Shown: positions 32,432 through 42,283 of the stretch, in pieces
Layout: every line of letters begins with the position of its first letter
Position numbering within the stretch: the first letter of the stretch is position 1
DNA from: Gammaproteobacteria bacterium
GTDB taxonomy: Bacteria; Pseudomonadota; Gammaproteobacteria; GCA-001735895
Length of the DNA stretch: 64,000 nucleotides
Reading direction: 5' to 3'
Assembly: GCA_050298595.1 (NCBI GenBank)
Contig: JBNKUM010000022.1
Span: 1 to 64,000, forward strand
Notes under the pieces: generated by a model
Seen by the model: the letters and a program-made list of their open reading frames with translations, nothing else
The model's database searches: none
Told to the model about the DNA's origin: nothing
Position numbers and translations under genes: made by a program

Positions 32432-32446
32432 TAGACCGATCGTCTA
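32432..32446. promoter_or_regulatory. TetR-type inverted repeat upstream of dddL
   Basis: TAGAC-CGATC-GTCTA, about 90 nt upstream of the ATG. Confidence 0.45.
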
Positions 32447-32489
32447 TTTAAATCAATATCAGGATAACTGAAATTCAACAAGAGATATT

Positions 32490-32877
32490 CAAAGAGCCAG
32501 GGCAGTATCTGATCAAGCTGGTGTAAACCAGGCCAGTAAGTCTGATCTGCATGAATGGGCTAAACAGCAATCACGTACAAGCTATTTTTTTGATGTGCGT
32601 GGCGCTGAAGAATACGATAAAGACCATTTACCCGGATTTAATAATATTGCAGGTGGACAGCTGGTACAGGAAACCGAGTTGTACGCACCTGTAAAAGGTG
32701 CTCGCATTGTGGTGGTTGACGATAATGGTGGCAGGGCCAATATGTCTGCCACATGGCTGGCTCGATGGCCTGGGATGTTTATGTGGCTGATGGTCTAAGC
32801 GATGATAATTTTACTGTAACTGCCCCTCTGGCAGTTACCGTTACCTGCGTTACCCCAGAATCCACAGATTACACCTG
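32490..32877 (+). pseudogene. Fragment of a multi-domain rhodanese/sulfurtransferase
   Basis: FFDVRGAEEYDKDHLPGF..GGQLVQET..ARIVVVDD..RANMSATWLA, then a frameshift to AWDVYV. No 5' end; cut by the repeat element. Confidence 0.75.
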
Positions 32878-32974
32878 ACAGATTAGGGCACAACTCCAGG
32901 GAAGGAGGAGGTAGAGCAATACAGGACGCCTACACAGGTGTAGGTGATAGAGTAACGCAGGAGTTACCGAGCAG
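32878..32974 (-). repeat. Modular palindromic repeat element, copy 2 (inverted, shorter)
   Basis: ACAGATTAGGGCACAACTCCAGGGAAGGAGGAGGTAGAGC..TAGGTGATAGAGTAACGCAGGAGTTACCGAGCAG. Confidence 0.8.
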
Positions 32975-33280
32975 ATATCGAGGCCACAAAGATCACAGAG
33001 ATTTAATGTTTATCTCTGTGCCCTCTTTGCTAAGGGTTTTAATTGCTGTAAGTGAACTGTGTTTCAGCTGTAATCCGGATAATCTTTAATGATACCTGTA
33101 TAATTGCCCTCAAAATCGAATGGGCAGTTACCAGGATTAATCCTGGCAATGACGAATTCTTTTAGTTTTAACGTCTAAAGTTAAATACCATTCGCCTCTG
33201 AGGTGATTTAACAAGGGCTGATCAATTCAATAATAAACTTATCAATGGTTTGATGAATACACAATACTTCGGCGGATTAA

Positions 33281-36196
33281 ATGGTCTCTGGCAGCAAAGA
33301 ATCTGAACAATCTAAACCCAAAAGCTTTCCTGTTGTTGCCATCGGGGCTTCTGCAGGAGGCCTCGAAGCCTTCGAAACATTTTTCAAAGCCACGCCCGAG
33401 GATTGCGGTATAGCGTTCATCCTGGTAGCTCATCTGGATCCTACGCACGAAAGCCTGTTGCCGGAGCTTTTACAGAAGCGTACTAAAATGCCAGTACATC
33501 AAATCACAGATGGTACTGTGGTTGAGATCAATAATATCTACGTTATACCTCCCAATAAGAACCTCTCGATTTTACAGGGCAAGCTTCAACTGCTGGACTT
33601 AAGTACGTCGAGGGGTGTTAACCTGCCAATTGATTTATTTTTTACCACGCTTGCACAGGATCAGGGTTCAAATGCAATAGCGATTATTCTTTCAGGAACC
33701 GGTTCTGATGGTACCCAGGGAATAAAGGCTATAAAGGCTGAAAACGGCATGGTAATGGTTCAGGATGAAGGGTCAGCTAAATATAACGGTATGCCAAGAA
33801 GCGCTGCTGCAACCGGTCTTGCTGATTATGTACTTTCACCGGATGAAATGCCGAAAATTTTAATTAAGTACATCACCCACACATTTAAAAATATTCACTT
33901 AGCTGTCATTGATGAGGCCGATGAGGAGAAAGATACAAACTATCTAGATAAGATTTTCATTATCCTTCGTACCAGGACCGGTCATAATTTTTCAATGTAT
34001 AAGAAAAATACTATCTTCCGCCGTATAGAGAGAAGGATGAATATTCATCAGATTTCTGAGATAAAAGATTATGTGCATTATCTTCAGAAGAGTGAACGTG
34101 AAGCAGGCATACTGTTTAAAGAACTGTTAATCGGAGTGACGGGTTTTTTTAGAGATAATTTGGCATTTGACCACCTTCTGAAAAATATTTTACCTGATAT
34201 GCTGGCCAATAAGCCAGATGATTACACGATACGTGTATGGGTTGCTGGCTGTAGTAGTGGGGAGGAAGCCTATTCACTGGCAATTACTTTGATAGAGTGC
34301 ATGGACAGCATCAAGCGTCATTTTAATGTGCAGATTTTTGCAACAGATATTGACGAAGGGGCTATAGAAGTTGCTCGTTCCGGCCTGTATGCAGCGAGTG
34401 TACTATCTAACGTGACAACGGAGCGGTTAAATCGTTTTTTTTCCAAAGAAGATGACGAGCATTTTCGAATAAAAAAATCAATTCGTGAAATGCTGGTATT
34501 TGCACCGCACGATATTATTAAGGACCCCCCTTTTACCAAGCTGGATATTTTATCCTGCCGAAATCTGTTTATATATTTTAACTCCGAATTACAGAAAAAA
34601 CTATTTCCGGTATTTCATTACAGCTTGAAACCAGATGGGATTCTTTTTTTAGGTACTTCTGAGTCAATCGGACAGTCTAATGATCTATTCCAGGTGAGGG
34701 ATAAAAAATTTAAAATATTTACCCCGGACTCTTCAAATAACTCTAAGCATAAGGTGCCAGATTTTCCAACTATGCAAACAACTTTCAATAAGAGTGACTC
34801 AACGACAACTTCAAGCACCAGCAGGGCTGAAAAAATCAGTGCCTTACAACTTGTTGAAACCATACTACAGAAAAGTCATACCCCTCCCTGTGCCATCATT
34901 GATGATGATAATAATATTGTTTATATACACGGACGCACGGGGCGCTATCTGGAACCGGCTGAAGGCAGAATCAGTGTCAATATCCTGGAAATGGCCCGCC
35001 CCGGGCTAAAGTCCAGCCTGTCTCTAGCAATAGTAAAAGTGGCACAGCATAAGGTTGAAGTCATTATGCGTGATATTGAGGTACAGAATAACGACGAACG
35101 GATATTGCTGGATGTCACTGTTATGCCAGTTGTCAATGAAGCAGCTCTGCATGGCCTGTTGATGGTGGTTTTCGAGGAGAAGACAAAATCCAAAATCAGA
35201 GAGAAAGGAGCAGCTAAAACTGAGGTTAGGGCCTCTGATTTAAAATCTAATGAAGAGCTGCATCAGGAACTTCAATTTACCAAACAAAACCTGCAGACCA
35301 CCATAGAAGAGCTGGAAACGGCTAACGAAGAATTAAAATCAACCAATGAAGAATTGCAAAGTACCAATGAGGAGCTGCAGAGTACTAATGAAGAAATGGA
35401 AACCTCAAAAGAAGAGTTGCAGTCTCTGAACGAGGAATCGATAACGGTAAATTCAGAGCTTCAAAGTCGCATCGACGAGCTGACAAAAACCAATGACGAT
35501 ATGAAGAACCTACTGGATAGTACTGATATCGCTACCCTGTTTCTGGATATTAATTTATGTATTAGACGTTTCACACCGAAAGCGACTGACATTATACCTT
35601 TATCAGCTACCGATAGTGGCCGCCCCATCAGCCATTTCGCCACTTCGCTACAAGGCCTGGATTTAAACGAATACTGTACTAATGTATTAAATGATTTAGC
35701 AATGCGGGAAGTTGAAGCAAAAACCAGGGAAAACAGGGTTTATAGCGTGAAAATTCGTCCCTACCGAACCATTAATAATGTCATAGATGGTGTTGTAGTC
35801 ACCTTTGAGGATATCTCGGTACGTAAAAAAGTGGACAAGGCATTAAATGATTCTGAGCAGTTATATCGTATGCTATTTCAATTTTCCAGTAGCCCGATGT
35901 TGCTAATAGCTGACACTGGTAAAATTATAGAATCTAATCACTTTGCCTATGATCTCATGGAATATAGCAAAGAAGAATTCATGGACTTATCTATTCAGTC
36001 TATAGGCCTTTTTGGAACAGCAGAGGAAAGCAGGAATTATATCGATAAAATCATCGAATCAGGTGAGGAAAGCATTCTAACTACTTATAAAAATAAAAAT
36101 GGAGTCGTAGTCAAATTACAGGTTAAGGGACAAGCAGTGCAGCTAAAGGAACACTTGAGGATTTTGATATCTTTCAATTATCCTATGGTACAATAA
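33281..36196 (+). CDS. CheB/CheR fusion with coiled coil and PAS domains
   Basis: GASAGG, HLDP, GTGSDG (CheB triad); WVAGCSSGEEAYS (CheR); NEELQSTNEE repeats; C-terminal PAS. Confidence 0.93.
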   Translation: MVSGSKESEQSKPKSFPVVAIGASAGGLEAFETFFKATPEDCGIAFILVAHLDPTHESLLPELLQKRTKMPVHQITDGTVVEINNIYVIPPNKNLSILQGKLQLLDLSTSRGVNLPIDLFFTTLAQDQGSNAIAIILSGTGSDGTQGIKAIKAENGMVMVQDEGSAKYNGMPRSAAATGLADYVLSPDEMPKILIKYITHTFKNIHLAVIDEADEEKDTNYLDKIFIILRTRTGHNFSMYKKNTIFRRIERRMNIHQISEIKDYVHYLQKSEREAGILFKELLIGVTGFFRDNLAFDHLLKNILPDMLANKPDDYTIRVWVAGCSSGEEAYSLAITLIECMDSIKRHFNVQIFATDIDEGAIEVARSGLYAASVLSNVTTERLNRFFSKEDDEHFRIKKSIREMLVFAPHDIIKDPPFTKLDILSCRNLFIYFNSELQKKLFPVFHYSLKPDGILFLGTSESIGQSNDLFQVRDKKFKIFTPDSSNNSKHKVPDFPTMQTTFNKSDSTTTSSTSRAEKISALQLVETILQKSHTPPCAIIDDDNNIVYIHGRTGRYLEPAEGRISVNILEMARPGLKSSLSLAIVKVAQHKVEVIMRDIEVQNNDERILLDVTVMPVVNEAALHGLLMVVFEEKTKSKIREKGAAKTEVRASDLKSNEELHQELQFTKQNLQTTIEELETANEELKSTNEELQSTNEELQSTNEEMETSKEELQSLNEESITVNSELQSRIDELTKTNDDMKNLLDSTDIATLFLDINLCIRRFTPKATDIIPLSATDSGRPISHFATSLQGLDLNEYCTNVLNDLAMREVEAKTRENRVYSVKIRPYRTINNVIDGVVVTFEDISVRKKVDKALNDSEQLYRMLFQFSSSPMLLIADTGKIIESNHFAYDLMEYSKEEFMDLSIQSIGLFGTAEESRNYIDKIIESGEESILTTYKNKNGVVVKLQVKGQAVQLKEHLRILISFNYPMVQ

Positions 36197-36387
36197 CTAT
36201 TGAATTATGCGGTTGTAGCGCAAGTTCTTGCTATAACCACAAATAGTTTATTTATTAGCTTTTTAGTGATAAACAACCTTTGGTTGTTTAAATTGCAGTA
36301 AGATTAGCTTTAAAATTCAGTATCAACTAGATTTCATGTATCACTCAGCTCTATTTATTTAGAGTATTCAGGTATCTTAGAAGCTAT

Positions 36388-38652
36388 ATGGATAAAAAGC
36401 ACATACCTTTAGAATTAGAAAAGTCAGCACTAATGGGCAGATCGCCTGTCGAGTCGATTTCTAGAAAAAATATCTCATCAATGTCTGAAGATGACATCGT
36501 CGAACTGTTGTTTAATCTGGAAACACAACAGATTGAATTACAAATGCAAAATGATGAGTTGAAAAAAGTTCAGAATATTCTGGTTGATATGCGTGATCAG
36601 TATACTGAGCTGTATGACTTTGCGCCTGTTGGCTATGTCACCCTTAGCTTAAAAGGGATTATTTCAAAATCTAATCTAACCTTTTGCAAAATGCTTGAGT
36701 CATCAAGGTCTGTGATACAGGGTCAGCCGTTTTTCGATTTAGTTAGCCAGGCCAGTCATGATAACTATTATCTTTTTTTAAACCGTATTTTAAGCTCCGA
36801 TGATGATAGTAGTTGCGAGTTACAGTTACAGAACAGTCAGGGAGATAGATTTTGGGTGCAATTGACTGGCGCCTGTTTTAAAAGCCCAAATGAAGAAGAT
36901 ATACATATTCGACTGGTTATAATTCACTATGACCAGCAGAAGCAGAATATTCAGTTAATTAAAACCCTGTCACAGGCGGTGGATCAAAGTCCTGTTTCAG
37001 TGATAATCACCGACACTCAAGGGGTGATAGAATATGTCAATCACGCTTTTGAGAAGATTTCAGGATATACGCGAGATGAATCAATTGGAAAAGACGTAGT
37101 ATTTTTAAAATCTGATCAAACCGCAGAAGCCGATTATTTTGAAATGATAGCTACTATTAACAATGGAAAATCGTGGAAGGGTCAACTTCAAAACCGCAGA
37201 AAAAATGGAGATGTTTACTGGGAAGATATTCATGTTGCACCTGTTTTTAATGAACAGGGTATTGTCAGTCATTATATCAGCGTTAACGAAGATATTATGC
37301 AGCGTAAGATGCAGGAAGAACAAATTCAGCATCAGGCGCATTATGATGCTCTGACCGATTTACCTAACCGATTTCTTGTTCTTGATCGGCTTTCTCATTT
37401 GATTGTCAATGCCACTCGAAAAAAGGGGGCGGTGGCGTTACTGTTCCTTGATCTGGATGGTTTTAAAAAAGTAAATGATACTCTGGGTCATGAAGTAGGG
37501 GACAAGTTACTGATTGAATCAGCTCGCTTGTTGCGTCAAGCTGTAAGAACTGGCGACACCATAGGACGCCTTGGTGGAGATGAATTTATCATTCTTCTGG
37601 AAGGCATCAAGGAAGAGTCAGATATAATTCCTGTGGCTAAAAATATACTCAAACATTTTAGAAGAGCTTTTGAAATCGAAGGTAAAGAGATACTCGTAAC
37701 GATTTCTATTGGGATTGCAGTTTACCCTGATGATGGAAACAGTGCTTCAGAGCTTCTGCGTAATGCGGACTCTGCGATGTATTGTGCTAAAGAAATGGGA
37801 CGCAATACATACTCTTTTTATACGAGTTCGATGAACCACGAAGTTGAACGTCGATTGCTGGTTGAAGCTGAGCTTTATGAAGCGCTGAAAAGGGAGGAAT
37901 TCCATGTTTGTTACCAGCCTTTAGTAGATATAAAAAATCGTAGAATAAGCGGCTTTGAAGCCTTGTTGCGATGGAATAATAAGAACCTGGGTCCGATTAA
38001 GCCGCTGGAGTTTATTACCATAGCAGAACAGTCTGGACATATTGTATCAATCGGCCAATTTGTCTTTAAACAGGCGGTAGTAAATCTCGGCAAATGGCAA
38101 AAAAGGTATAAACAAAACTTTAGCATAGCAGTTAACCTGTCTCCCAATCAGTTTCGCGATCCTGAACTAATGTCATTTATTATTGATGTGATCGAACAGG
38201 CGTCGATTGTCAATGGAACCCTGGAGCTGGAGATAACCGAAGGGGTTCTCATGAGTGGCAAAGCGATTATCGATAAGCCTTTGCAATCAATAAAACAACT
38301 CGGCTTAGGTATCAGTATGGACGATTTTGGTACTGGTTTTTCATCTTTAAATTATTTGCGCCTCTATCCTTTTGATTCGCTAAAAATCGATCGCAGCTTT
38401 GTTAGAGATATGACTATTGATAAAGAAAATAGAGATTTGGTTAATGCTGCCATAACCATGGCTCATAGCCTTGGATTAAAAGTGATTGCTGAAGGGGTTG
38501 AGACTCAGGAGCAATTAGCACGTCTATCCGAGCGGGGGTGTGATATCGCTCAGGGTTACCTGTTTAGTAAACCACTTACAGAGAGTGGGCTCGAAGATTT
38601 TCTGGAATCTAATGAAACAAGTGGTTTTATCGAACAACAATTTCTAAATTAA
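36388..38652 (+). CDS. PAS-PAS-GGDEF-EAL c-di-GMP enzyme
   Basis: RLGGDEF, FEALLR, DDFGTGFSSL, IAEGVET. Confidence 0.93.
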   Translation: MDKKHIPLELEKSALMGRSPVESISRKNISSMSEDDIVELLFNLETQQIELQMQNDELKKVQNILVDMRDQYTELYDFAPVGYVTLSLKGIISKSNLTFCKMLESSRSVIQGQPFFDLVSQASHDNYYLFLNRILSSDDDSSCELQLQNSQGDRFWVQLTGACFKSPNEEDIHIRLVIIHYDQQKQNIQLIKTLSQAVDQSPVSVIITDTQGVIEYVNHAFEKISGYTRDESIGKDVVFLKSDQTAEADYFEMIATINNGKSWKGQLQNRRKNGDVYWEDIHVAPVFNEQGIVSHYISVNEDIMQRKMQEEQIQHQAHYDALTDLPNRFLVLDRLSHLIVNATRKKGAVALLFLDLDGFKKVNDTLGHEVGDKLLIESARLLRQAVRTGDTIGRLGGDEFIILLEGIKEESDIIPVAKNILKHFRRAFEIEGKEILVTISIGIAVYPDDGNSASELLRNADSAMYCAKEMGRNTYSFYTSSMNHEVERRLLVEAELYEALKREEFHVCYQPLVDIKNRRISGFEALLRWNNKNLGPIKPLEFITIAEQSGHIVSIGQFVFKQAVVNLGKWQKRYKQNFSIAVNLSPNQFRDPELMSFIIDVIEQASIVNGTLELEITEGVLMSGKAIIDKPLQSIKQLGLGISMDDFGTGFSSLNYLRLYPFDSLKIDRSFVRDMTIDKENRDLVNAAITMAHSLGLKVIAEGVETQEQLARLSERGCDIAQGYLFSKPLTESGLEDFLESNETSGFIEQQFLN

Positions 38653-38964
38653 TAGTTACCAAGAACTATTCACTCACAATTTCTTCCTTTCTGTGCTAAT
38701 TGCGATCATGCGGCCTATAAAAAGGCCATATTCCTGGCGCATGATATGTACTACGGTCCCAACTATATCACATCTGGCATCCCAACCGATTGATAGATAC
38801 CAGAGTCCCTACGAAAACACAGATGCTATCTTGGTTGGGAGTTCGGATTAATCGAGCAACTTCGACGTAATGGTACACATCATTTTAGGCCGATGATATG
38901 CAGCTTAAATGGCTTTCTGTAATATCGTTGCTAGCAAGGGTATATTCTGTGAAATCCGGATTCT

Positions 38965-39432
38965 TCAATTGCTTCTGAACATTTTTTTAAATGATTTGGC
39001 CAGCCAGCCATTTTTATTCTGATCTGAAGTAATCGATATAATGTTACTTTTCACAGATTTAACATAGGCTGCATCATCACTTTTGATATGATTGAATAGC
39101 CAACGGGCAAGAAGGTTATGTAGTTCTTCCGATATATCTTCACCGCTTTTTAAACGGGTCTGAAATTCTGATACTCGTCGAATGAAAAGCTCGTGGACTT
39201 TTTTGTGCGGGCGAACAAATTCATAGCCTGCATCTTCAATAAGAGCTTCCTCAAAACCAAAGTGAGATATTGTGTAATCTACAGTGCCTTCAATAATATC
39301 ACCTATAGCCTTAAAATCCTTATTAAGCCGAGCATCGTATAGTTTATTGATATAGTCGACAATGCGTTTGTGCTGACTGTCGATAACATCGATACCTGTC
39401 TCTAAGTCTTTCGTCCATAATAAATATCCCAT
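38965..39432 (-). CDS. Bacteriohemerythrin
   Basis: WTKDLETGIDVIDSQH, HFGFEE, HKKVH, WLFNHIKSDD. Confidence 0.92.
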   Translation of the reverse strand: MGYLLWTKDLETGIDVIDSQHKRIVDYINKLYDARLNKDFKAIGDIIEGTVDYTISHFGFEEALIEDAGYEFVRPHKKVHELFIRRVSEFQTRLKSGEDISEELHNLLARWLFNHIKSDDAAYVKSVKSNIISITSDQNKNGWLAKSFKKMFRSN

Positions 39433-39713
39433 CTATCTCCATCCCTCAAAATATCCAAAAATTTAACTGGATCATATTATTGCTAAAGTTGAAAATCCAG
39501 CACTGTGGCGTTTAAAAGAAAAAAAACCAGAAGCCATCTCCTCTGATTGGCTCTCATTGCTTGTTAAGATTTGAAATATTACCATTGCCTTGGGCAAAAG
39601 TAACTTCACGTTTGCCTGACTCTGGCGTCATTTGCAGGATTACAAAACAAATTTATAAAAATGCTATGGATTAGGTGTATATTCTAAATGTAGAGCAAGG
39701 AAAAGGGATAATC

Positions 39714-41447
39714 ATGATTACCACCGTCAAAGTGCCTGAATCGTTTATTCCCCTGTTTGAATTGGCAGAGAAGCATGTCGGGGAATATTTCAAGCAGTGC
39801 AAAATGCAGCCCAAAAAGGGCAGTATAGAAATCTTTGGTTCACGCTATATACTGTTGCGTGGCGCAGCTATTTCAGTTGAATTCTTTCAACTAGCGCGCA
39901 AACTGTTTGGGGAGGGTCAACAGCAAGAAGCTGATCTGTTTGCCGCCAGTTTCCTGTATGAGCTGGCACACTCCATCGGTTGTGCCGATGCCAGGCTGTT
40001 TCACAAAAAAATGAACTTAACCGACCCTATAGCCAAACTATCAGCGGGGCCTGTTCATTTCTCCCATTCGGGCTGGGCTTTTGTCGATATTATGGAAGAG
40101 TCGAGTCCGACCCCAGATGATAACTATTTTCTTTCCTATACCCATCCTTATTCCTTCGAAAGTGATGCCTGGATAGAAGCGGATTTGCAAACTAGTCATC
40201 CTGTCTGCGTGATGAATTCCGGGTACTCCAGTGGCTGGTGCCAGGAAAGTTTTGCATTACCACTGGAAGCCAGGGAGTTGACCTGCCGTGCCCTGGGTCA
40301 TGATGAATGTCGTTTTGTAATGGCCCCGCCAGATCGTATCGAGCAAAGAATTACTGACAATTTACAGCTTCATCCTGAAATTTCTGGTGTTGAGCAAAGC
40401 TTGCTATTTTCGCACAAAATGCAAGCGCCGAATGCTCCTGGACAAACTGAAAAAAGCAGTTTCTTACAGGAAGTACTGGGTAAACGATTGTTTACCTATG
40501 CCCGCAATCTGGAAGGTACGCAGCGCAACCTCGCACGTAAGATCCAGTTACTCCACGATGAAGTTGACTTAAGAAAGGTATATGAAAAGAGGCTGCAGGA
40601 TAGTGAAAAACGCTGGCGACAGCTGGCCGATGTTTCTTTTGATAGTATTCTGGTGTGTCAGGATGGGGTGGTGATCGAGGCCAATAAGGCCTCTGCACTT
40701 ATGTTTGGTTTAGAGGAGTCTGAGTTAAAGACGCAGGATCTGGCTCATTTGATTGGGGCAGAAAACTGGTTACGTCTACTTGCCCTGGTGGAATCCGGGA
40801 CAAAACATGCGATAGAGATAGAAGTTAACCTCAAGGATCAGATACATTTTCTCGAGATACATGCGCACTGCAATCAGGAGGATGAAGATAAGGTAATTAT
40901 TCTGGCGATAAGAGATATTAGTGAACGGATTACGGCCATACATCGTCTGCTGCGCGTCGCTAACTACGATGCACTCACTGGGCTTGCCAATCGAACAATG
41001 TTTGAACGCCTGGTTAACCGAGATCTTGTTGATGCCTCTGCTGGAAATATGCATGCCTTGCTGTTCTTGGATCTGGACGGCTTCAAAACTGTTAACGATA
41101 CCCTCGGGCATACAGCAGGTGATCTTTTACTGTATGAAGTAGCCCAGCGTTGCTCTGCTGTTATTAGAGCATCTGATTTAATTGCCCGTATTGGGGGTGA
41201 TGAATTTATGATCTGGGCGAGGAATATTCAGCATCACGATGAGGCGGAAAAGGTGGCGATGCAGATATTGAATGAAATGAAGGCACCTTTCAATATAAAT
41301 GAGACCTTAATTAGTATTACCTTCAGCATAGGAATTGCCGTCTACCCTGAATGTGGCACCGATTTTGCCACATTGAGCAGTCACTCGGATCATGCCATGT
41401 ACCAGGCTAAATCTGCAGGTAAAAATACATTCAGCTATTTTGAGTAG
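39714..41447 (+). CDS. V4R/XylR_N-like sensor-PAS-GGDEF diguanylate cyclase
   Basis: PVCVMNSGYSSGWC..ELTCRALGHDECRF (V4R); RASD I-site; RIGGDEF. Confidence 0.85.
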   Translation: MITTVKVPESFIPLFELAEKHVGEYFKQCKMQPKKGSIEIFGSRYILLRGAAISVEFFQLARKLFGEGQQQEADLFAASFLYELAHSIGCADARLFHKKMNLTDPIAKLSAGPVHFSHSGWAFVDIMEESSPTPDDNYFLSYTHPYSFESDAWIEADLQTSHPVCVMNSGYSSGWCQESFALPLEARELTCRALGHDECRFVMAPPDRIEQRITDNLQLHPEISGVEQSLLFSHKMQAPNAPGQTEKSSFLQEVLGKRLFTYARNLEGTQRNLARKIQLLHDEVDLRKVYEKRLQDSEKRWRQLADVSFDSILVCQDGVVIEANKASALMFGLEESELKTQDLAHLIGAENWLRLLALVESGTKHAIEIEVNLKDQIHFLEIHAHCNQEDEDKVIILAIRDISERITAIHRLLRVANYDALTGLANRTMFERLVNRDLVDASAGNMHALLFLDLDGFKTVNDTLGHTAGDLLLYEVAQRCSAVIRASDLIARIGGDEFMIWARNIQHHDEAEKVAMQILNEMKAPFNINETLISITFSIGIAVYPECGTDFATLSSHSDHAMYQAKSAGKNTFSYFE

Positions 41448-41532
41448 TTATTGACTGGAAATTGTTTCCTGCTCAGGAGTATGATGGACCTATATCTACA
41501 GCCTTTTTTAAAACTTTAGGCAGGTGGGAGAG

Positions 41533-42270
41533 ATGCAATTGATTAAAACCATTGGCCACATCAGCCTGTTGTCAGTGTTCATGTTATTGCAGTCCCAGGT
41601 AGCAGCCGATGAAACTACTTTACGACGTCAGGAGATGCTGAAAGAAATTCAACAGTCGGTGCTAGAAACCCGACTTTATCTAGACAAGGAAGCCTTTGAC
41701 CCACGCATAATGGATGTTCTGGGCAAGGTGCCACGGCATGAGTTTGTGCCCGCTGATCAACAGGATTACGCCTATAAGAACCGCCCTTTACCGATTGGTC
41801 ATGGGCAGACCATTTCTCAACCCTATATCGTCGCCCTGATGACTGACCTGATCGAAACCAAACCCAGTTTCAAAGTACTGGAAATCGGTACAGGATCTGC
41901 CTATCAGGCGGCGATACTGGCAGAGCTGGTCGATCAGGTGTATAGCATTGAAGTCATCGAACCACTGGCGAAAGCTGCCAGAGAACGCCTGCAACGACTA
42001 GGTTATGACAACGTACATACCCGAACCGGTGATGGTTATTATGGCTGGGAGGAGGAAGCGCCTTTTGACGCCATCGTTGTAACCGCTGCTGCCAGCCATG
42101 TGCCGCCACCGCTTATCAAACAGTTAAAGCCAGGTGGTCGCATGGTGATTCCTGTTGGCACTCGTTTTATGACTCAGCAATTGCTGCTGGTTGAAAAATC
42201 TGCTGATGGAAAGGTCTCTACGCGCCAGATTTTGCCGGTGATTTTTGTACCTTTGACCGGAAGCCATTGA
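41533..42270 (+). CDS. pcm: Protein-L-isoaspartate O-methyltransferase
   Basis: VPRHEFVP, GQTISQPYIV, VLEIGTGSAYQAA, APFDAIVVTAA; signal-peptide-like N-terminus. Confidence 0.92.
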   Translation: MQLIKTIGHISLLSVFMLLQSQVAADETTLRRQEMLKEIQQSVLETRLYLDKEAFDPRIMDVLGKVPRHEFVPADQQDYAYKNRPLPIGHGQTISQPYIVALMTDLIETKPSFKVLEIGTGSAYQAAILAELVDQVYSIEVIEPLAKAARERLQRLGYDNVHTRTGDGYYGWEEEAPFDAIVVTAAASHVPPPLIKQLKPGGRMVIPVGTRFMTQQLLLVEKSADGKVSTRQILPVIFVPLTGSH

Positions 42271-42283
42271 TCGCTTACCTAAA

